A stretch of DNA of 64,000 nucleotides from Eledone cirrhosa (lineage: Eukaryota), in contig OZ024741.1 of the NCBI GenBank assembly GCA_964016885.1, positions 148,552,001 through 148,616,000 on the forward strand, read 5' to 3'. The notes under the pieces are model-generated. The model ran no database searches and was not told the DNA's origin. It worked only from the letters and a program-made list of their open reading frames with translations. Shown here in pieces: positions 54,401 through 64,000 of the stretch (position 1 is its first letter; each line of letters starts with the position of its first letter). The position numbers and the translations under genes are program-made.

Positions 54401-57400
54401 GCCTTCCCCACACTGTATCATGCTGAATCTACCTGAGAACTACATTAAGCATGTTTGTGTCTGTGGAATGCTCGACCATTTGGACATTATTTTCATGAGC
54501 AGGTTTTTCCATTATTAGAACTGGCACATTCACCGTCAGAACCAGCGGAAGTCCAACACACATACATCAATGCTAAGTTCTGTCAGTCAATCAAGTCAAT
54601 TAAACATGTGTGCAAGTCTATCAAGGCATCCAATGCTGCTATGTGTGCACTTCAAAAATAAAACACAAATGACGAAGCAATCCAACTCCAGTTGGAAAGG
54701 TTTGTGATCATCAATGAAGCATTCTTGTATATTTCTCTATTTCCAATCTTTAGCCCCTTTTCAGGAAGATTCTTTCACATGTGCGCTACTTTATTCTGAA
54801 GCAACATCTTTCTACATATGGAGTAAAGTCAGGAGTTAATGGTGCAACACATCCAGAAAAGCTGTTTCAAACCTTCTTAAATTGTGAGGCCACTATGACA
54901 AGCAGTAGTCTCTTACTTACCAGTCAAACTCAGAAATTTGTTGGTTGTTTTGCTGCAAAGTTGTAGTATTTCTATATGCATTCTGACAGAATCTTAGACA
55001 AGATCTGTTAGATAACTTCAAACATCAGGCTCAAATGAAAAATTCAAATATAGAAGTGGTTCTGCATGAACACTTTATGCCATTTTAGCTCTTCCCTAAC
55101 AAATTATAACTTATGAGCCAAAGTTACAACCTGACCAAAGAACAGTATACTCAGTCATTGACAGTGTTCAATTTTAGAAAGGTGACCCATGTTTCCTTCA
55201 TGGACATGTAGAAAGTTGTTGGTGGCAAAAAATTGTCAAAACTCAGAAAATTACACTTCTTTTGGGATTACAGCAACTCTTCTGCATGGAGATAAAGTAG
55301 CCCATGCTCACTCAAGCTCTATTTAAACTTAGAGACAAATGAATATATTACATACATTAGAAATAGTAAAAGTAAAAAGATTCAGAATGATAGTTTGGGA
55401 TGAATGTACAATGTTTTGCAATACAACATTATAAACTCTGGTTGGGACAATATGATATATCTGTAGAAAGATAAAGATAATGAGAGGAGCGACTTTGGTT
55501 ATGGCTGAATATTTCCAACAAGCATTGGATGTTTTTCTAAAAGTTACAAGGTTGACAGATTTGATAGAACATTGGACAAAATGCTTTGCAGTATTTATCC
55601 AGGCTTTTTACATTCAAAGTTTGAATCTCTCTTGGGGTCGGTAAAATAAAATACTAGTCGAGTAGAAGTCGATATAATTGACTTTCCCCTTTTCCCAAAT
55701 TGTTGACCTTGTGACAAAATTAGAAATTGTTATTCTAAGAGGCACATGAGCAGATGAACTTAAGGCTTATTTCAATTCATCATATATTTGAAGAAATGTG
55801 TCAAAATTGCACTTACCCATCAAAATAAAAGCTCATCTATACGGTGATCAATTATCTGGGAAATTTGCAAACAAGTGACTGCAGCTAGACAATGAGAAAG
55901 TCAAACCAGACGCATAATGAAACATTTATATAAGAACAGCTAGCTTAATTGTATCATCTGTTGATGAACTAAAAAAATTGTCTTCACAAACATTTCTGTA
56001 AACTACCAAAATCATATGTATTTAGCATTGATTGCTAAAATACTTATCAAGCAGATTGAAATGGAGTCCACATCAAGCAGATTGAAATGGAGTCCACATC
56101 TCCCATCTGACCAGGATGTATTAACAGTTGAAATGAAGAATACAAAGAACATCTCACCTGGATTATTGTCACCTTCTCTCAGGCTTGTTGTACCTTACCT
56201 TCTTTAGTCATGAACAACATGCACTTAAAACGTTCAAACTCACTATATATGCTAGAACTCATAATCTCTGTTGGTCTTTCCTGGTGATCGATATACATAG
56301 TATAATTAAATTTACATCCAAAAGACTAACTTTTTTCTTCAGAGCTAGTAAATACTTGAGCCATAATCAATTGATGGCTCTCTACAATGAAGTGCTGCAG
56401 ATGCTATTACTTCTACTACACATACATACACACCGTGGACCACATTCAAAAGTTGCTCATGCATGCAATTTTCTCTTCTCCACGCCACAGTTGTTCAACA
56501 GTTCTCCTTGGCAGCTGAAATTTATGGCCAGACCATTGTAATAGACCTCTTCCTGTGGGCCTGCCAGTGATGGTGAGCACTGGTGGACCTGGTTGGCTCT
56601 ATGCATGACGATGCTTTAGGATCACTGGCTTCTCGACCTCGTTGAAGAGATTGAAGATGTTGTTGCCCAGAGTTGGTCTACTGTTGAATGAGCATTTGTC
56701 AAAGCTATTTTTTCATTTTGCCCAATATTTCTTTTATATTGTGCTCTTTGCTCAGGCCAATTGCTATCCTTTGGTGCTGGGGGAGGGGGCTCGAAATTCT
56801 GGGTGGGCATTCTAATTCACCTGGGGATTTTTTACCAGCTTCCTTAGTAAACTTTTGTTTTCGATTTTATTTAAAAAATTATTTTTGTTCGTTTTAAGGA
56901 GAAAAATAAGTAAAGTCAAAATTTCAAGGAACGTATTTCGGGATGTTTTTTTATAAACTCAATTTAAAAGATCTGAATGTGCACCATGGCAGTGGTCTCA
57001 TCTTTGCTACAATAATTAACTTAAATCTGCCTTATTTGTATTTCTCGAATCATCCATTACTTGCTATTTATTACCGACCCGCATTAAAAAAAATCTATTT
57101 TCAGAGCCAAACAGGAAATCTTTACACGATTGCCCAACCAATTAGAAAGAGAAACCAAATCTCCCGCAAACGTTGAAAAAAAGGACATGTTGTCTGGAGT
57201 ACACTATGCATGAAAAATGCAGAACAATCACAATTGGAATGTCTTTGATCAGAGGTCAGCTCGATCAAGGTTGACTTGGGCTCTGTAGGGATTTTATGTT
57301 GGCAAGCCGGGACCTTGTCTAATTAACTATATAAATTACGAGCTTGAGAGCTGTAAAGGTAACAAAATGAAATAATGAGCTAACCCAATAAATACTTTCT

Positions 57401-58399
57401 GGTCTCATGTTTCTCAACCTCCTTTTGGCACCGCAGTTCCCTACGATATTTCAGTAGTAATGCGGAAAGTTCCTCCGAATATTATTTCGTATGACGTGAA
57501 AGTTGTTAATTGCGATAACTCTTCTAGCCTTTTGTATAATAATCATTTTCATTCTATTTATCTCTCCCCACTTCATTCACTGATCCTGATCAAGTGACGT
57601 GTTAGCCAGCTCTATACTAGGATAGTATAGAAGTGAATGGATACATCAGTTTAGGAAATGAAATATCGAGTGTGTATCTCCATGACTTCAGGAAGCACCG
57701 TTAATCGACTGCATCGACAATAAATCGAACTTACAACAGGTAGATCCAACCAATCACTCGATTGACAAACATTCCACAGAAGTAATAATTGATTGCTGAA
57801 TATTAAATTTTCAGAATTCTATGCAGAATTAAAATCAAGTTTGGTCAACCTGTTACTTTAATTAAAGAGTTTTAGCACTTTGTAAACGTAGAGAAAACTT
57901 GGGCCCACCAATAACCCTATTAATCAAATATAGATTTTATCTGTATTCTATAAATATTCCATGGAGGACTTTCAAAAATAAATTTTAAGTAGTATCAATT
58001 TAAAAATTCCGCTATCGTATTAAGTTTGCCACGAATAAAATAGTATTAATGATAATAAAACTTTTATTTTTATTATTACTATACTTTAAGATATAAAAAA
58101 AATAATTCGGCTCTGTAATAAGTTCTGAGACAAAAAAAAAATCATGTTTATCTCAGTAACCTAATAAAGGTTACAACGAAAAACAGGTCAAACTCTTCCC
58201 TGTGTAGCTTATCTTTGCTTTTTCTCTTTAAGGTTATATATAGACTTCGGTATAAAATGAGCGAAGCTGTGCGTTGAGTGTACTATAAGGCTACCCACCG
58301 TGATATATAAATACTGCAAGAAAATCCATCAAAAAGGGAATGAACGATCGGCTAGCAGTAAACATTGCTGCATCAAGGAGGAAGCTGAATGTAGCTAAC

Positions 58400-59130
58400 A
58401 GCGAAATGGTAGTAGTGAGGTTACAGTAATTCTAATGAAGTCTCCTTAGTTAACACCTTCTTTCCTGAATAACCTCTTTTCATTGGTTAAAATTACTAAA
58501 ATATCTGTCAATCATTTACGGCCTTAACTAAATGGAACACTTCCATTGGACAATATTCGAGGAACCTGTAAATCACGTGCGTATCCCCCCTCCGCCACTT
58601 TAATGACAATGGTCCCATGCGAAAGGGAAAAAAAGACGAAAATACACGGCCGAGGAACGGAACGTTGCTATGTGTTCTGCCGCTTACAAAAATGAGTCAC
58701 ATTGGAATATATTATTATTGATTCGTTTTCTTGATCATATAGCAATCGAATTAAAATTTCCTACAGTAATTAAAGGTCACATTAATTCGCTTACTAAGAA
58801 TATGTGTATTTTTTTACTGGAAAAGATTAAATCCAAAACGGAATAACGTTTACGCGTAACGATACTGTATATGTTAAGAGTTGAGTAATTTGTCTACTAC
58901 AAAGAGAATTGAATATGTCTGACGGCGTGTTTTAATTAAAAGTACATTTTATGGACTAATTGTGTTTTAACTTCTTCAGAAGTTATTAAAAAAAATTCCC
59001 AAACCTATATCTTGCAGAGAGTTATGCTATATATTGATACTCTTGCTGCCGGCTGCCAATCTTGGGATAGTCTGAACGAAAGGTAAGCTTTCAGCGTGTT
59101 CGAACCCAATCTAGGTCGCCATTTTGTCTA
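58400..59130. promoter_or_regulatory. Candidate promoter or first-exon island
   Basis: Repeat-free and relatively CpG-retaining; ATTGG/CCAAT at 58482, 58545, 58701, 59056, 59106; CACGTG at 58574; TGAGTCA at 58693; AG|GTAAG donor at 59083; YY1-like CGCCATTTTG at 59117. Confidence 0.4.
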
Positions 59131-60629
59131 GTTTTACCCATTCCTTATTTTTAACAACACTTTCTTCTCAACCTCTCTTCTATTATTAATCGTTTTTGAA
59201 TCCATTTTAATAAATTGTCATGCAGATATTCCAAACATTTAACAATCGGTGTCCGTCCAAATCCTTAACGTTGTCAGAATGACCTACGCTGACCAAACAG
59301 TACGTTGATCTTTAGTTGGGGGATTGCACAGACTGTTTTGTTGATAATGAAGGGCTGAATAAATATATTTACTTTAGTGCTTATTTCCCTCGCATTATAT
59401 TCAATATTTTTTTTTATTGTTGTTGATCGCCTTTCTTTGGCAGCACACTGTCACAATTAATGTTTGTGTTTTTAAATTATACATAAGACATCTTGTATGT
59501 TATTGCTTTTTCTTTCTTGTGTTAGGTCTTTATTAGAGTCCAGTCGGCGATGGCTACTGTTGCAAATAATACACAACTCTTTCTCTCGTCCCGTTTCTGT
59601 CCCCTTCAGCATTTTCTCCTGACTTTGTTTTTAAATGTTATTTTTAAAATTATATTTGTTCCTACTGTTGTTGGTTCTTGATGGCGATTCCATCTGCTCC
59701 AACAACCAACTGTTGCGGTAATCGTGTTTAAAAGGCTTGTGGTTGTGCTACTGTTGTTGGTGATGATGCTTGTGTTATTGCTGATGATGATCATGATAAT
59801 AATGGCTCTTATAGTATTACTAGTGTTGGTGATATATCTATTATTGCCGATGCTGTTGATGGTGGCAATAATGATACCTGTATTTCTGCCGATGTTGGTG
59901 TGGATGATGAGTGCGTTTTAATACTAATTTGGTCAACGGTACTGATTATAATGATTTGTGTAGCTGATGGTGGTGGTGTTAGTTGTGTTGATGGCGGTAA
60001 TGTTACAAGTCTTTCTAATAATGATGGTTGTGTGGTTGTTTCTATTGCTGCTACAACATTACCCAGTAGTTTTAATTAAAATGTTAATGAGTTGTGTTTA
60101 ATTAAAATAATAGTTTACATTTGGTTCTTGCAGCAATAATACTGATGAATAGTAAATGATAGTGTTGTTTAGCCACAGGTCAGCCCTCAACGAGCAAGCT
60201 TATAATGAAAGGTATTCCAGTCGTGATCATCTCGTCTTAATTTTAGACACATTTAAGATGTGTGTGATGTGAAGGGAATATGACTTCTATTTCTAACAGT
60301 TTCATCGACCACCTAGAGGTTCGTTCGTTATGCTATTTGGTATTGATACAATAGTTAGTTGAATTAATGGTGGTGGGGCTGGTTCTTACTGTGTTTGCAA
60401 TACTGGCAGTGGTGTGTTTGTTGATTAGCGTTGTCTATTGGTGTTTGTGTTGGTGATAGTGATGATAACATTAGTGGTGCTTGTAATGTGCTAGTTGCTG
60501 GTGTTATAGCAGTTGTGCTAATGGTGATATTGTCGATTGTAATCGTGGCGGTGCTTTTGATTATAACATTAATGTTGTTTTAAGGATATTTGTGTTGATA
60601 GAGTGGTTATTATTGGATAGCAGGGTGGT

Positions 60630-60840
60630 AGATTAGTACAATCGTTAGAGCATCGGATAATATGCTTTGCAGTATTTCTCCGGCTGTTTACATTCTGATT
60701 TCAAATTCCGCCGAGGTCAACTTTCATTCTTCCGGAGTCGATAAAATTTAAGTGCCAGTCATATACTGGTGTTGATTTTATTCGATATTCCCCGCCCCTA
60801 AATTGCTGACTTTTTTTGTCTAATTCATAAACTATTATTC
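60630..60840 (+). mobile_element. tRNA-derived SINE (MetaSINE-like core)
   Basis: TTCAAATTCCGCCGAGGTCAACTTTCATTCTTCCGGAGTCGATAAAAT; related older copy at ~55560-55735. Confidence 0.65.
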
Positions 60841-62105
60841 GTACCACAGGAATCACGTTAATTAATGGTGGTGGAGGTAACCAGACTATTCTTGATATTT
60901 GTTACTTGAGATAATGGTGGTAGTTGTTGTATAGGCCCGGAGTTTTGATCAAAAGCATTCCAGCCATGACCCATCCAGTCAGTATCATTTAATTTTTTTT
61001 TTTAATTTAGACAGTAAGTTGCGTGTGGTTTTAGGAGGGATTTTGAACTGCGTTTTCTAGTGTATTGACAGTGGCCACGTAGATGCTTCCCTTAACGGTT
61101 AGCATGGTTACCATTCCATGGTGATGTGTTGGTGGCAGTGATAATGGTGTGTCATGTAATACTAATGGTGTAGTGCATACTTGATGTTAATTGTAGCACT
61201 AGTACTGAACCACAAAATATGTACTTGCGCTAAATGAGATGGTGAACGTGGTAGGTAGTTAGGTAGTAATAATGATCATGATTGTATTGGTAACTGCTAC
61301 TGGTTGGGCGACGATGATCTTTTTTGCCGGTTATCTTTTTTTTTACAGTCGACTTGTTGAGCTTGCTTTTAGTTTGTATGTCCATTTAATTATTATATAT
61401 TCTCACTTTCGCACCATCGAAGACCGTCTTTGTTTGAGTAATTGGGAGGAATCATTTACAATACATCTTGAATGAAGAAAAATGTAAATATTTCGCCCGA
61501 TTTAATTGATTGAATGCGTATATACACGTTAGGGTTATTTAAGGTTAGGATTATGGCTCGTGAGTGTGTGTATGTATATATATATATATATATATACATA
61601 CATACACGTATGCGCGGTCAAATGCAGTCAAGTTAAAACTTCGAAGTCACTGTCACTTTTTAATCTCTACACTCTGCCTGTATTGAGTGCTCAATCAGTT
61701 AATGTTTAAATATGACAGTATTTTAAATATATATTCTAATACAGCATCCTCATTTTACGCCCGCTTTTCCATGTTTGCATGGGTTTGTCATATATACGAG
61801 CGGTGAATCGGCTGAAATATTTTCATTTTCTCCATTCGAGATTTGTTGTCAATAATAACGTTCATATTTCTGTTACTAATCACTGTTCATTTGATTGTTG
61901 GCTGTAACGTCAGATCACGTAAGGGTGGCAGAAAGATATTCTCTACTTTTGTTACAATAATATAAAGACTTTGCGAGTGAGAGGTGTCACCTGCTTTATC
62001 CAACCGTATCAACTGTTTCAGTCAACCCAGCATTTCACCCGTAACACAAATATGTGCACAACACACATGGTGTCTTTTGTGATACAACACCGAATCAGCT
62101 GTCTC

Positions 62106-62152
<47 letters not shown>

Positions 62153-62289
62153 TATTCATACATGCACACAGACATACAAACACATATATACATACACACA
62201 TGTGTCTGGTGTTGAATTACCGACAACACACTCCTGCAACCATCGTTGTTTATACATACTGGATTTGGCGCAGTCGGTTGTTAGTTGCA

Positions 62290-62328
<39 letters not shown>

Positions 62329-62572
62329 CGGTGTTAGTTGGTTTACTTCACTGTTGTTGGTTCACTCCATGCCAGTCTTCGATAAATTAAAGTACTAGCA
62401 ATGTACGAGCGTCGATTAAATCGATTAATGCTACCTACTACATATTAAAAAGCAACATCGGAGCGCACACGTATATACATACATATACATTGGTGTTGGT
62501 AAACACGAGGAGAGTGAGTACTCAATACCATAGCAGTGATTATGGATCTGCCTTAAACTATATTATATATAC

Positions 62573-62603
<31 letters not shown>

Positions 62604-64000
62604 CACTGAAACTTATTGTTTCATTCAATAAACAAGGTGTAGAGAAAATCCATTAATAAAGTATAAACTAACAAAAGTTAAATAATTTGTTACATTTGGG
62701 GATGGTCATTTTGCCATGACTTAGATATTTTACTTCTCTGGTTTTTGTCTTCATGTTATATATTTTTTCATTATTACTTAGTTTGTTTAACCATCAAAGT
62801 TATTTTACTTTAACATTTATTTTTATATTAATTGATTAAAAAATATTTTTCACTATTTTCTGTAATCAAAGAAAAATAATTTTGTACTCAAGAATTATAA
62901 TAGTAAGCACCTTTATGTGGTTGATATAAATTATATGTGTGTTATACATTGACTTGGTATCTTATCGTTTGCTATGGATTTCTTTGTTTTATAAATTTTC
63001 TTAAATTGTTGAAACTTCATTTCTTTATATATACTAAAATAAAATACAAACACAAGTGCTATTCAGTTATTTTTATCGGAGCAAATAATCCTTTCTTTGT
63101 GGAGAGGAAATCCTTAGGGAGTTTTAGATTCAGTAATAATTTTTTGTTGAGGTTTGATTACAATCTGGTTTGTAACCTAGTTCTAGCGTGGATCTCTTCC
63201 AGGTTGTCTTCGCACGCCATCTTTTGTTGCTCTTCCACATAAACGTCTCTCACCCTTAACTATTTTACCAGCTTTTCTTCTACTTTCTCCGTCTTTCACA
63301 CTTATTTTTAAATTACTACATAATAACTCTATCAACACTTGTGCTATTTTCAGCACTTCTACTTTGTTTATTGTTGCTCTATATAATATATATTTATAAA
63401 ATGTTTATCATCGATTTCTGCAAACTTAGAAAAATTAATCTATCTACGGTGGTTTTGTGTTTGAAAGTAAAATTCTTGTTACTTGCACGTAGCATAGATC
63501 TTCGCGAGTGTTGTGTGTTTTGATTTGACTAAGTTGTTCGGCTGGTCTTTATAGAAATTGTGTGTAGATAAATAGATAGGTGGGTAGTTCTAATAATAAT
63601 AATGTGTGGATGTATGAGTAGAACTGCAGAGCAATGTTAGCAGTGCCGCCGCCATGTTTGGGGGAATCTGAGAAGCCTGTGAAAAGTCAACGAATAAATT
63701 GAGGCAGGAAGGAAAGCAGTTGTAACTAAGTCCTCCTCCTACACTAAAGCCAGCACCTCCACCATCACAATGAGCTGCTTGCCCCACTTTCCCTACCATC
63801 ATGGTTTAACTATCATATTAGTTTTCAGCCATTCAGTCAGTCTATCCGCACTATCTATCCATCGTTCATATTGGCTATTTTACTGTCACAAAACACAACA
63901 ATTTGTCTCTTAATCTAGATTTATTTTCTCCCCCGCATAATTGATAAAGATTTTCATCTTAAGAAAGAGGGTTTTCTCTTCTTACACGCCAAACCTGCGA

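Noticed and set aside
59606-59921. Hydrophobic 65-aa ORF near the promoter-like island
   Set aside because: Degenerate (GTT/GAT/GGT)n low-complexity sequence
63645-63660. Perfect Kozak-like GCCGCCGCCATG
   Set aside because: Stop after a few codons (ATG TTT GGG GGA ATC TGA) and no supporting exon structure

Overview
Animal, non-genic, repeat-saturated window. The SINE and microsatellite landscape resembles an octopus or other cephalopod genome (inference). No intact host protein-coding gene is supported, and most ORF-track entries are translations of (TA)n, (CA)n or (TACA)n. The first ~46 kb is a mosaic of microsatellites carrying several element classes. (1) Penelope-like elements (PLEs) with RT, a CxCx5Cx5C linker and a C-terminal GIY-YIG domain, plus many non-coding fold-back pLTR insertions. 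Together these carry about ten sequence-distinct type I hammerhead ribozyme motifs, including a U3-A8 covariant core. (2) A ~636-bp circularly permuted monomer in inverted >1-unit arrays, holding a hammerhead-like motif in non-circularly permuted strand order. (3) Six copies of a non-autonomous RTE-derived element with a covarying structured 5' end, one of them adjacent to its likely partner RTE LINE, which ends in three C2H2 zinc fingers. (4) Fragments of R4-like, CRE, Tx1, RTE/Expander, CR1-like, LTR, mariner, hAT and Helitron elements. After ~46 kb the repeats are older, a CpG-poor block appears, and a promoter-like island lies near 58.4-59.1 kb.
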